Positions 55,128 through 64,000 of a stretch of 64,000 nt of DNA are shown one piece after another. Position numbers and translations under genes: made by a program. Source of the DNA: Coraliomargaritaceae bacterium (GTDB lineage: Bacteria; Verrucomicrobiota; Verrucomicrobiia; Opitutales; Coraliomargaritaceae). Every line of letters starts with the position of its first letter. The first letter of the stretch is position 1. The notes under the pieces are model-generated. The model was not told the origin of the DNA. It saw only the letters and a program-made list of their open reading frames with translations, and ran no database searches. The stretch lies in NCBI GenBank assembly GCA_965656495.1, contig CBFHKU010000001.1, positions 352,259 through 416,258 of the forward strand, in the 5' to 3' direction.

Positions 55128-56414
55128 TCAGCGGTTGAGTTCGCGGTGACCGATGTCACGGCGGAGGTATTTATCCTTAAAGGTGATTTGATCGCAGAGT
55201 TGGTAGGCGAGTTGAGCGGCCTCCGGCAGGCTTGGGGCCTGGGCACTGATGCCGAGAACGCGGCCGCCACTGGTGGTGATTTGACCGTCATCGTCGCGGG
55301 CGGTGCCGGCGTGAACAATGGCGGTGCCGGCTCGGATGGCATCGGGTAATTCGATGGGGTCTCCCTTTTTGTAGGAACCGGGGTAACCGCCCGCTGCCAA
55401 AACCACCACAATGGCGGCGCCCTCATGGAAGCGAACTTGTTCGGGGAGTGCTTCGCCTTTTGCCGAGGCTAGGAGCAGCGGCACGAGGTCATCCGCCAGC
55501 ATCGGCAAGAGCACCTGCGTCTCGGGGTCGCCAAAACGCACGTTGTATTCGAGGACTTTGGGGCCGTTTTCGGTCAGCATCAACCCGGCGTAGAGCGTGC
55601 CGCGGAAGTCGATCCCATCCGCCTTGAGCCCCGCGAGGGTGGGACGAATGACCTCCGCCTCGATCTTAGCTTGCAGGGCGGCATCAATTTTACTGGTGGG
55701 CGTGTAGGCACCCATTCCCCCGGTGTTGAGCCCTGTATCACCTTCGCCGGCGCGTTTGTGATCCTGACTGGGGGGGAGGCAGACGAAATCCTCTCCGGAA
55801 ACGATGGCGTGAATCGAGGCCTCCTCGCCGTAAAGGGTTTCCTCAATCACGATTTCCGCGCCGCTGCTGCCAAAGGCACCACCTTCGAGCATATCGTGCA
55901 CCGCCGCTTCAGCTTCCGCCTGGGTTTCGGCCATGATAACGCCTTTTCCGGCGGCGAGACCACTCGCTTTAATCACAATCGGGGCGGGGTGTTCCTTCAG
56001 GTAGGCAAGGGCGGGTTCGACCTCGGTAAAACTGGCGTAGGCTGCGGTGGGAATTTTATGACGGGCAAAGAAGTCCTTGCAGAAGACTTTACTGGCTTCC
56101 AGTTGCGCGCCGTCCTGACGGGGACCGTATGCGAGAATGCCCACCGCTTCGAGGGCGTTGACGAGCCCCAGGCTCAACGGGACTTCGGGCCCCACCACCA
56201 CAAGGTCGATGGCCTCCGCCTGCGCGAGGGCAACCAGCGCGGTAATGTCATCGGCGGGCACGGGAAAACAGCGTGCCTCGGCGGCGATCCCGCCGTTACC
56301 GGGGGCGGCGATCACGGAATCGACGAGCGGGCTTTGGCGACATTTCTGGAGAAGGGCGTGTTCGCGACCGCCGGAACCGACGACGAGAATCTTAAGCTTT
56401 GAGGAGGCGTCCAT
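55128..56414 (-). CDS. purD: phosphoribosylamine--glycine ligase
   Basis: VGSGGREHA, VGPEVPL, KASGLAAGKGV, QDHKR...GD.G.NTGGMG, EYNVRFGDPE. Confidence 0.97.
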   Translation of the reverse strand: MDASSKLKILVVGSGGREHALLQKCRQSPLVDSVIAAPGNGGIAAEARCFPVPADDITALVALAQAEAIDLVVVGPEVPLSLGLVNALEAVGILAYGPRQDGAQLEASKVFCKDFFARHKIPTAAYASFTEVEPALAYLKEHPAPIVIKASGLAAGKGVIMAETQAEAEAAVHDMLEGGAFGSSGAEIVIEETLYGEEASIHAIVSGEDFVCLPPSQDHKRAGEGDTGLNTGGMGAYTPTSKIDAALQAKIEAEVIRPTLAGLKADGIDFRGTLYAGLMLTENGPKVLEYNVRFGDPETQVLLPMLADDLVPLLLASAKGEALPEQVRFHEGAAIVVVLAAGGYPGSYKKGDPIELPDAIRAGTAIVHAGTARDDDGQITTSGGRVLGISAQAPSLPEAAQLAYQLCDQITFKDKYLRRDIGHRELNR

Positions 56415-56522
56415 GTGGCTTAGACTTTTTGTTATAAAGGCAGGGGGGTAAAGTATCTTTTTATGGGTGCAGGGAGTAATTCCCGCTTGCGCTTCGGGTG
56501 GCAAGCGGGCGGGATAGTGGAG

Positions 56523-57932
56523 ATGCATGTTTATTTCATGGGAATTTGTGGAACCGCAATGGGCAACACCGCGCTCTTGCTGAAGGCGCAGGGTCAGCGC
56601 GTGAGTGGCTCAGACGCGGGGGTGTATCCACCGATGTCAACGATGCTGGGAGAAGCGGGGATTGAAATATTTGAGGGATTTTCAGCGGAGCGTTTGGAAG
56701 GATTAAAGCCGGATCTTGTGGTGGTGGGCAATGCGATGAGTCGCGGCAACGCCGAGGTGGAGTGGTTGCTGAATACCGGCGCCACCAATTATGTTTCCTT
56801 GCCGCAGTTATTGCATGATGAGGTTTTGGCGGGACGGCTGCCGGTCGTGATTGCGGGCACACATGGGAAAACCACCACTGCAAGCATTACGGCATTTTTG
56901 CTGGAACGGGCGGGAGTAGATCCCGGTTGGTTGATTGGGGGGCTGCCTAGGGACTTGCCGCGCGGGGCGCATCTGGGAAGCGGTGCGCCCTTTGTCATCG
57001 AGGGCGATGAATACGACAGCGCCTTCTTTGATAAGCGAAGCAAGTTCATCCACTACCGCCCACAGGTTGCAGTGCTCAACAATCTTGAGTTTGATCATGC
57101 CGACATCTTTCGAGATTTGGAAGACGTGCAACGCAGTTTTCGCCATTTGCTCCGCTTAATGCCGGGGATGGGAACAGTCTTGCTCAATGGGGACGACGCA
57201 AATCTGGAGGCGTTGCTTCCGGCGGATTGGACACGTGTCATCCGGGTGGGGACGGGAGCGGACAACGATCTACGTTTGAAAAATTTCGCCGATGGGGCGG
57301 AGGGTTCACAGTTTGAATTACACTGGCGCGGGGAACTCTGGACCACCGTAAAATGGAATCTGCATGGCTTGTTCAATGCGCGGAATGCCGCGATGGCGGC
57401 GCTGGCGGCGGCGTTGGCTCAAGGGCTCGAAGACCCCAGGGGAATGGACTTGGGGATCTTGGGAGGATTTCGGGGGGTGCAGCGGCGGCAGGATGTCTTG
57501 CTCCAGTCGGATCGGGTAACGGTGCTGGAAGATTTTGCGCATCATCCCACTGCGGTGGCGGGAGCGATTGAGGCATTGCGGGCGGCGCATCCCGAATCTA
57601 GTTTGTCGGTATGTTTTGAACCGCGTAGCAATACCGCCACGCGGGCGCTTTTTCAGGAGGCTTTTACGGAAGCATTAGCGGGCGCGGACGCGGTTTATCT
57701 CGGGGCGGTTCACCGCGCCGAGCGCATCGCGAAGGCGGATCGTCTCGATACAGAGCGCATGGCGGCAAACTTGAGTAAAAAAGGTATACAGGCGCAGGCA
57801 TACTCCGAAAATAAGGCACTATTGGAAGCGCTGCGGCAAGAAATCGGTGAACAGCGTGCGGTCGTTGTCTTTTTCACGAACGGTGCGTTTGACGGTGTGC
57901 AACACGCCTATGTACGCGACCTTTCCCGCTGA
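56523..57932 (+). CDS. mpl: murein peptide ligase
   Basis: GICGTAMG, YPPMS, AGTHGKTTT, EGDEYDSAFFDKRSKF, DFAHHPTA, FEPRSNT. Confidence 0.93.
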   Translation: MHVYFMGICGTAMGNTALLLKAQGQRVSGSDAGVYPPMSTMLGEAGIEIFEGFSAERLEGLKPDLVVVGNAMSRGNAEVEWLLNTGATNYVSLPQLLHDEVLAGRLPVVIAGTHGKTTTASITAFLLERAGVDPGWLIGGLPRDLPRGAHLGSGAPFVIEGDEYDSAFFDKRSKFIHYRPQVAVLNNLEFDHADIFRDLEDVQRSFRHLLRLMPGMGTVLLNGDDANLEALLPADWTRVIRVGTGADNDLRLKNFADGAEGSQFELHWRGELWTTVKWNLHGLFNARNAAMAALAAALAQGLEDPRGMDLGILGGFRGVQRRQDVLLQSDRVTVLEDFAHHPTAVAGAIEALRAAHPESSLSVCFEPRSNTATRALFQEAFTEALAGADAVYLGAVHRAERIAKADRLDTERMAANLSKKGIQAQAYSENKALLEALRQEIGEQRAVVVFFTNGAFDGVQHAYVRDLSR

Positions 57933-57944
57933 AAAGACGGAACC

Positions 57945-58590
57945 GCGTAAACTTCGAACGCTGAAAACTTCGAACATCGAACATCGAACATCGAACGTTG
58001 AAGGGGAACCACGAATGAGGAGGGGTACAGGTGGGAAGGTATGAAGGTGGGAAAGTGGGAAGGTTGAGATCACTCTTAATCATAATCCTAATCTTATTCT
58101 TAATCTTAATATGAAAAGGTTGTATCTCGTGGAAGCGACAATCCTGTCGCTTTGCTTGTACGGCTTGGGTTGAAAAGCGACAAGAGTGTCGCTTCCACGT
58201 TTGAGCAGTCAACGCCGCAGCTCCGTGTCCTCAGCGTCTCTGTCGTGAATTAAGGAACCATGAAAACTTCGAACATCGAACATCGAACATCGAACGTTGA
58301 AGTTTAACCACGAAAGGCACGAATGGGCAAGGGGTTGTTCGTTGAAAGTTGTTAGTTGGAACCACGAATGGACACGAAAAGCACTATTGGGAGGGGGGAG
58401 AACTTCCAACATTCAACTAACAACATTCAACTCCACACTCATAATCCTAATCTTATTCTTACTCTTAATAAGAAATGGGTTGTATCTCGTGGAAGCGACA
58501 CTCTTGTCGCTTTGGTTGTACGGCTTGTGTTGCAAAGCGACAGGATTGTCGCTTCCACTTTTAAGCAGTCAACGCCACTGCTCTGCGTTT
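57945..58590. repeat. composite intergenic repeat island D (two related tandem units)
   Basis: Each unit: (TCGAACA)n, ACCACGAAT, hexamer array, TTGTATCTC + inverted REP pair (58129-58198; 58489-58558), GCAGTCAACGCC. Confidence 0.88.
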
Positions 58591-58607
58591 CAATTTATAT
58601 GAATCGC

Positions 58608-58925
58608 CTAGGCGAGTTTCGCCTTGAGGTCGTCCTTGGAGACGAGGCCGACGATGTTTTCAGCGACTTGACCGTCCTTGAATACAAGGATGGTGGGGAT
58701 TGCGCGGATTTCGTATTTACCGGCAATTTCGCTGTTGTTGTCGACGTTGACTTTGCAAATTTTAACGCTGTCACCGAGTTCGGTGGCGAGTTCATCGAGG
58801 ATGGGTGCAATGGCTTTGCAGGGCCCACACCAAGGTGCCCAGAAATCAACGACCACGGGAACAGTGGCGTTGCTAACGGTAGAATCAAAGTTGGAGCTAT
58901 CGAGTTCGGTTATATTTTCGGACAT
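58608..58925 (-). CDS. trxA: thioredoxin
   Basis: VDFWAPWCGPCK, IPT, FKDG. Confidence 0.97.
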   Translation of the reverse strand: MSENITELDSSNFDSTVSNATVPVVVDFWAPWCGPCKAIAPILDELATELGDSVKICKVNVDNNSEIAGKYEIRAIPTILVFKDGQVAENIVGLVSKDDLKAKLA

Positions 58926-58943
58926 ATGTTTTCTTGGTGATGG

Positions 58944-59066
58944 TTATAGGTAAAGGAGGGCATCCTTAAGAAGAAGGATTGTGAAGGTGATCGCAACGGC
59001 AGCACAGAAGGCGTCGAGCGTGAAGGTTAGGGTGATGGGCTCGGGTTGGTCTGGCGTGTCGCTCAT
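58944..59066 (-). CDS. putative 40-aa membrane microprotein (below the ORF-track cutoff)
   Basis: MSDTPDQPEPITLTFTLDAFCAAVAITFTILLLKDALLYL*; co-oriented and fills the gap upstream of trxA. Confidence 0.55.
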   Translation of the reverse strand: MSDTPDQPEPITLTFTLDAFCAAVAITFTILLLKDALLYL

Positions 59067-59105
59067 GAGTCAAAAGTAGAGGTGGGAGAGTACGTGTCAA
59101 GTGGG

Positions 59106-59372
59106 TCAGTTACCGTTTTTAGTTTCCGGGTCGCAATTTTTCAAAGTGTCGATGAGTTCTTCTTTCTCAACGGTCTCAAGGGTCTTGCCCTTGCGGTCGA
59201 GGGTTTCGAAGGTTTTGATGACGGTTTCAGTCATGCGGTGGTGGGTTTCCTCGGAACCGCCCACGATGGAAAAACGCTCGGCGCGGGTGATGCGTTTATG
59301 GCCGTCGGTATTGTCGAGGCCGAGTCCCATTAAATGGGCGTTGGGCTTGGGTGCCGGATCCTTTTTACTCAT
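59106..59372 (-). CDS. hypothetical protein
   Basis: GLGLDNTDGHKRIT....F.IVGGSEETH..M.E looks like a conserved small-protein pattern. Start set at MSKKDP. Confidence 0.75.
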   Translation of the reverse strand: MSKKDPAPKPNAHLMGLGLDNTDGHKRITRAERFSIVGGSEETHHRMTETVIKTFETLDRKGKTLETVEKEELIDTLKNCDPETKNGN

Positions 59373-59409
59373 CTTAAAAATAGGATACAAATGAAAGGGG
59401 AAATTTCAA

Positions 59410-60159
59410 TCAAGTATGCTCACGTGTGCAGCGGATATCGGCAAAGGCTTTATCCTGAACGATGTGCATTTGCCCGAGGCGGGTGAGTTCGAGGACTGCG
59501 AGGAAGGTGGCGACGATCGTATTGAGGCTGGTGCTGGCTTCAAAAAGTTCTGAAAAGAGGAATTGTTTTTGGTCCTGTAGACGGAGGAGGATCACTTCCA
59601 TGCGGTCGGCAACCGTGACTTGCTCGGCGTGGATTTCGCCCTCGGTGATGCGCTCGGCGAGGCGGCGCAGAACGAGATTAAAGGTATTCCAGAGTTCGAT
59701 GCGGTCAACCGGTTGAAGGGGGCGCTCAATGGCTTCCAGGGCATCGCGGGGTCCAAGGCGCGGGATCTTTTCGTTACTGTTGAGGATGAGGGCTTCAATT
59801 TCTGTCGCGGCCTCTTTGAATTTTTTGTATTCGAGGAGTTGTTGCACCAGTTCCCAGCGTGGATCAATCGACTCATCCTCAACATCTTCATTGGCGCCCT
59901 GGTCTTTTTTAGGAAGTAGGAGCCGACTTTTGATATACATGAGGGTCGCCGCCATGACAAAGAACTCGCCCGCGATTTCGAGGTCGAGTTCCTCCATCGA
60001 CCCGAGGATTTCGATGTATTGCCGGGTGACGGTCTCGATTGGAATATCGTAGATATCGACCTCATTGCGGCGGATCAGGTAGAGCAATAAATCGAGCGGC
60101 CCTTCAAAGGCGGGCAGACTGACTGCAAATTCGTTGTTTGGGATGAGCGCTTCTTCCAT
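59410..60159 (-). CDS. scpA: segregation and condensation protein A (kleisin)
   Basis: FEGPLDLLL.LI, EF.VMAATL.YIKSR.LLP, L.EYKKFKE, TFLAVLEL. Confidence 0.95.
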   Translation of the reverse strand: MEEALIPNNEFAVSLPAFEGPLDLLLYLIRRNEVDIYDIPIETVTRQYIEILGSMEELDLEIAGEFFVMAATLMYIKSRLLLPKKDQGANEDVEDESIDPRWELVQQLLEYKKFKEAATEIEALILNSNEKIPRLGPRDALEAIERPLQPVDRIELWNTFNLVLRRLAERITEGEIHAEQVTVADRMEVILLRLQDQKQFLFSELFEASTSLNTIVATFLAVLELTRLGQMHIVQDKAFADIRCTREHT

Positions 60160-60171
60160 GAGGCAAGGGTA

Positions 60172-62292
60172 TTATGGTTCAACCAAGCGTAGCCCAACTG
60201 AAAATTCAAATTCACTCTCTCGCACGGGGTCATTGCGCAGCGTGATTCCGTAAAGGAGTTCCCAGGCGGAGCCCAGATCCGCGAGCAAGCCGACGCTGGT
60301 GTAGTCGAAGGTGCCGGTGTCGGCATTGAAACGGGTGTTTGCGATAAAGCTTTGGTTTTCGCTGAGCCGATGCATGTAGAAGAGGCGATATTGATCCACT
60401 TGATTGAGGAGTAAATCGGTGGAGAGGCTCAGGCTCCAGGCGTCACCACTCAAAAGGGTAGTGCGGCTGCGGAGTTCTTCCAGCGACATTTGCTCGGTGG
60501 CAATGCGTGCCGCGAGGTCAAATTTAAGCCACGGGGCTGGTTGGAGGATGAGTTCAACCCAAGAGGCGTGCAGGGTGTCGGGTTGGGTATTGTCGTATTT
60601 GAGTTGTTCGCGTTCGAGAAGGATATCCTGGTAGAAATTGAGGGCGGCGAGGGTGCGTGAGCCGTAGTCTTTAGCGCGGGTTTGGAAGCGGTTTTCGAGC
60701 CCCAGTCGGACGAGGTGGGTTTCGGCGAGATCATCCAAATCCCGGATCTCGGTCAGGTCGAGGGTCGGTCGTTTGAGGTCGTTGGCGCGGCGTTCAATTT
60801 GCACCGCATCGCTTTGGTCATCAGGTTTACTGAAATAGCGATATTTGAGGGTGGGGCGTAGGGTATGTCGCAGGCCTTGAATACCCCAAACGCTGTTGCG
60901 GGTGGCGTAGGTGGCTTGCGCTTGAGCAGCGAGGTCAAAGCCGATGGCAAAGCGTGAAAGGCTGGCGCTGTCATTGGGGTTGGTAGTGGGGATGGACTCA
61001 GCTTCCTGATTCATGTAGTGGCTGAAGCGAGCGGCGGCGAGGGGGGTAAGGGTAAGCCAATCATTGAGCCGCACCGGGTGCAGTAATTGATAGCTGAGGT
61101 CAAAGCGGTCGTAACTTCGGTAGGTGGTGCCGTCTAGACTGGCAACATTGTTGAGGTCATCCCGAATGCGGGCGTAGCTCACCGCGCCTTGTTGATAGGT
61201 TCCCAGTTCGCCCAAGGGGGTGGGCAGGTAATCGAAACGAAACTCTGGCAGGCGTTCCTGAATGCGTTCGTAATCGGCGGGATTGAAACGTGTAAAGGCA
61301 GAGAGCAGGAAGTTGTCACCCGCGTAAACCGCCTCCGCAAAGCTGTCTGGTCGTTGGTCGTTGTTAAAGATGTCTTCACGGAAATCGCGCATAATGGCGG
61401 AGTCGGAGCGATAACTGAGATTGGTTTGAATGGAGGTGCGCTCTCCGATGTGGTGATTGTGCCGCCATTCGATGAAGCTGCGTGAGGGGTCTATGGACCG
61501 GTTATTGATATCCCGACCCGTCGTACCCTCATCCTCTATATGTCCGGAACTGAAAACGCCGATCATACGTTGGTTGCCGTCATCATAAACATACTGGGCA
61601 GCGGGGCCAATGAGGGTGCCTCGTTTAGTGTAGTAATCGAGATTTGCGCCGAGGCGTATGGAGGGCGTAATGGGAATGAGGCTGGTGGTTTGCAGGTAGG
61701 TGCCAAGGGTACTGTTGCTACCGGCATCCACATCCATGTAGAACGGAGCTTCAGTCACGTAATAGGTAAAGGTGGGAAGATAGAAAAATGGCATGCGCCC
61801 GATTTGAAACTTGGCGCCCTTAATTTGCAGGCGTTGGTGGGCTTCGGTTTCTTGGAAGCGGACCGTGCGGGCTTTGATATTGGGCGTAAAGAAGCCGGGC
61901 TCGGTGTAGTAGATCCGGGCATTTTCGAAGGCAACATTCTCGACTGTGCCTCCAGCCTCCTGTCCTTTGGCGTAGAGCGGCCAGGCACCGGTGCGAGGTT
62001 CCTGCACAGTGAAGATGCGTTCGTTGGCATCGAAGCTGATACGATCGCCAATCATGCGGTAACCTTCACGCATGATCGCGGCATCCCCAAAGGCATCTGC
62101 CAAGCCGTATTCCTGATAGTAGGTTATCTGATCCGCGCTGACTTCGGTCGTTTCCAGTTTGAGGCGGGCATCCCCGCGTGCCACCAAGCGCTGCGCCGCC
62201 TCATCGTATTCAATCGGGTCGATTGAACTCAGCTCAGGCAGGGTCGCCAATAGCGCCACCGGGAGGCAGGGAAATAAGAAGAATGACCGCAT
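60172..62292 (-). CDS. lptD: LPS assembly outer-membrane protein LptD-like
   Basis: Signal peptide, OstA-like N domain (ADQITY, G.RI.FD), P.FYLP, ERLPE, LGLENRFQTR; beta-barrel character. Confidence 0.75.
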   Translation of the reverse strand: MRSFFLFPCLPVALLATLPELSSIDPIEYDEAAQRLVARGDARLKLETTEVSADQITYYQEYGLADAFGDAAIMREGYRMIGDRISFDANERIFTVQEPRTGAWPLYAKGQEAGGTVENVAFENARIYYTEPGFFTPNIKARTVRFQETEAHQRLQIKGAKFQIGRMPFFYLPTFTYYVTEAPFYMDVDAGSNSTLGTYLQTTSLIPITPSIRLGANLDYYTKRGTLIGPAAQYVYDDGNQRMIGVFSSGHIEDEGTTGRDINNRSIDPSRSFIEWRHNHHIGERTSIQTNLSYRSDSAIMRDFREDIFNNDQRPDSFAEAVYAGDNFLLSAFTRFNPADYERIQERLPEFRFDYLPTPLGELGTYQQGAVSYARIRDDLNNVASLDGTTYRSYDRFDLSYQLLHPVRLNDWLTLTPLAAARFSHYMNQEAESIPTTNPNDSASLSRFAIGFDLAAQAQATYATRNSVWGIQGLRHTLRPTLKYRYFSKPDDQSDAVQIERRANDLKRPTLDLTEIRDLDDLAETHLVRLGLENRFQTRAKDYGSRTLAALNFYQDILLEREQLKYDNTQPDTLHASWVELILQPAPWLKFDLAARIATEQMSLEELRSRTTLLSGDAWSLSLSTDLLLNQVDQYRLFYMHRLSENQSFIANTRFNADTGTFDYTSVGLLADLGSAWELLYGITLRNDPVRESEFEFSVGLRLVEP

Positions 62293-62425
62293 TGAGACGT
62301 ACACAGTTGGAACTATGAATGCGGTATTTGACCGCACAAGCTTTTTGTCATCTGAATCAAAACCGAGCTTTTGCCCGGGTGCTTATGGCGCTTGCCAGAA
62401 CCGGTGTGAGGGCTTTCATAGGGGG

Positions 62426-64000
62426 GTGATATTAAGCCAAGCCGAATTTGAATCGATCACGCAGGTCAACTGCGGGGCACCGCACGATCTCCTGGGGATG
62501 CACCAGTTGGAGACGAAAAAGGGGAAGGCGACTTCGCTGGTGGTGCGGGCATTCCTACAGGGGGTGGAAGCGTGCGAGGTCGTGGATTTGGCGGATCCAA
62601 AAAAACGCTACCCGCTCGAGCGTTTGAGTGAGGACGGATTGTTTGAAGGGGTAATCGTAGGGCGTGCCGAGATATTCCGCTACCGTTTACGAACCGAGCA
62701 ATCAAACGGGGAAGTGCGGCAATTTAATGACCCCTATTGTTTCCTGCCGAGCCTCAGCGAGGAGGATGTGTATTATTTTTGTAGCGGTCACGACCCGCAG
62801 GCGCACCATAAACTCGGGGCGCACCCCCGCCAAATGGAGGGCGTCCCCGGGGTGGCCTTTACGGTCTGGGCGCCCAACGCGAAGCGTGTTTCAGTGGTCG
62901 GTGATTTTAACCAATGGGATGGGCGTTATCATCCCATGCGCAGCCTCGGGGCCTCCGGCATCTGGGAACTCTTTATCCCAGGGCTGGAAATCGGCGCAAA
63001 ATATAAATTCGAGATAGGTTCGCGGCAGGGCTACCCCTACCTCAAGACCGATCCCTACGGCACGTTTTTCGAGGCCCCGCCCCACAATGCCTCCATTGTG
63101 TGTGATCCGGATGATTACGCTTGGCAGGACGCCGACTGGCGCGCGCGCCGCGCTTCGACCGATTGGAAAAAGGAAGCCCTCAGTATTTACGAAGTGCACC
63201 TCGGTTCGTGGCGGCGGGTGGTGGAGGACGCAAACCGCCCCCTCAATTACCGCGAACTCGCCACCGAATTGGTCGATTATTTAAAGGACATGCATTACAC
63301 GCATGTTGAGTTTATGCCCCTTGCAGAGCATCCCTTTGAGGGGTCCTGGGGTTATCAGGTCACGGGCTTCTTCGCACCGACCCATCGCTTCGGTTCCCCG
63401 CAGGATTTCATGTTTCTCGTGGATACCCTTCACCAGAACGGGATTGGGGTCATCATGGATTGGGTTCCCGCCCATTTCCCGACCGATAGTTTCGCGCTGG
63501 CTCAGTTTGACGGCACCGCGCTCTATGAACACGCCGATCCCCGGCAGGGATTTCATCAGGATTGGGGAACCCTTATCTTTAACTACGGGCGCAGCGAGGT
63601 GCGGTCTTTCCTCATATCGAGCGCGTTGGCATGGTGTGAACGCTATCACATTGACGGCCTGCGAGTCGATGCAGTTGCCTCCATGCTTTACCTGGACTAT
63701 TCCCGCAAAGAGGGCGAGTGGGTTCCCAACCGGGACGGTGGGCGCGAGAACCTCGAGGCGATTGATTTTCTGCGCACCGTCAACGACGCCGTACACGCCG
63801 CTTATCCCGGCACCCTTATGATCGCGGAGGAATCAACCGCTTTTCCGGGGGTGACCGCCAGCACCACCGAGGGCGGACTTGGTTTTGACCTGAAATGGAA
63901 TATGGGCTGGATGCACGATACCCTTGAGTACATGCAGAAGGATCCCATCCACCGCAAATACGCGCACCATCAACTTTCCTTCGGGATGCTGTATCAATAC
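62426..64000 (+). CDS. glgB: 1,4-alpha-glucan branching enzyme (3'-truncated by the window end; absent from the ORF track)
   Basis: Frame open from GTG 62426 to the end: PHDLLGMH, FTVWAPNA, VVGDFNQWDG, IYEVHLGSW, GSWGYQ, DWVPAHFP, GLRVDAVASMLY, IAEEST, KWNMGWMHD. Confidence 0.96.
   Translation, partial: MILSQAEFESITQVNCGAPHDLLGMHQLETKKGKATSLVVRAFLQGVEACEVVDLADPKKRYPLERLSEDGLFEGVIVGRAEIFRYRLRTEQSNGEVRQFNDPYCFLPSLSEEDVYYFCSGHDPQAHHKLGAHPRQMEGVPGVAFTVWAPNAKRVSVVGDFNQWDGRYHPMRSLGASGIWELFIPGLEIGAKYKFEIGSRQGYPYLKTDPYGTFFEAPPHNASIVCDPDDYAWQDADWRARRASTDWKKEALSIYEVHLGSWRRVVEDANRPLNYRELATELVDYLKDMHYTHVEFMPLAEHPFEGSWGYQVTGFFAPTHRFGSPQDFMFLVDTLHQNGIGVIMDWVPAHFPTDSFALAQFDGTALYEHADPRQGFHQDWGTLIFNYGRSEVRSFLISSALAWCERYHIDGLRVDAVASMLYLDYSRKEGEWVPNRDGGRENLEAIDFLRTVNDAVHAAYPGTLMIAEESTAFPGVTASTTEGGLGFDLKWNMGWMHDTLEYMQKDPIHRKYAHHQLSFGMLYQY

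Noticed and set aside
59410..60159. scpA without adjacent scpB or smc, considered as a Wadjet/Mks-type system
   Set aside because: It has ordinary ScpA motifs in a housekeeping context; partners are probably elsewhere, which cannot be judged from this window.

Overview
Chromosomal 64-kb segment from a bacterium whose 16S signatures and gene content point to Verrucomicrobiota (Opitutae, Puniceicoccales/Coraliomargarita-like; judged from motifs, no search run). It carries one complete rRNA operon (16S-tRNA-Ala-tRNA-Ile-23S-5S) and mostly housekeeping genes: gltBD, accBC, kdsB, trpB, trpG/pabA, nrdR, gcvT/gcvP, panB, coaD, pgsA/pgpA, purD, mpl, trxA, scpA, an lptD-like gene and the 5' part of glgB. 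Accessory modules are a circularly permuted ATP-grasp/alpha-E/transglutaminase operon, an AT-rich patch after the rRNA operon (SDH/ClpP-fold protease with a coupled small ORF, orphan antitoxin-like ORF, K+ channel), two separate ACP/ketosynthase mini-clusters, and an O-antigen-ligase-TPR/FecR-like/adenylate cyclase trio. The most unusual signal is non-coding. A four-helix-bundle gene lies between gltB and gltD, bracketed by inverted heptamer-repeat arms that could pair and bring the gltB stop next to the gltD start. Four intergenic islands are mosaics of 6-, 7-, 8- and 9-mer repeat arms, GTRG-REP hairpins and a 125-bp structured element, and one island is flanked by a 66-bp duplication of a convergent stop-codon junction. 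No CRISPR array, transposase, integrase or phage gene was seen.
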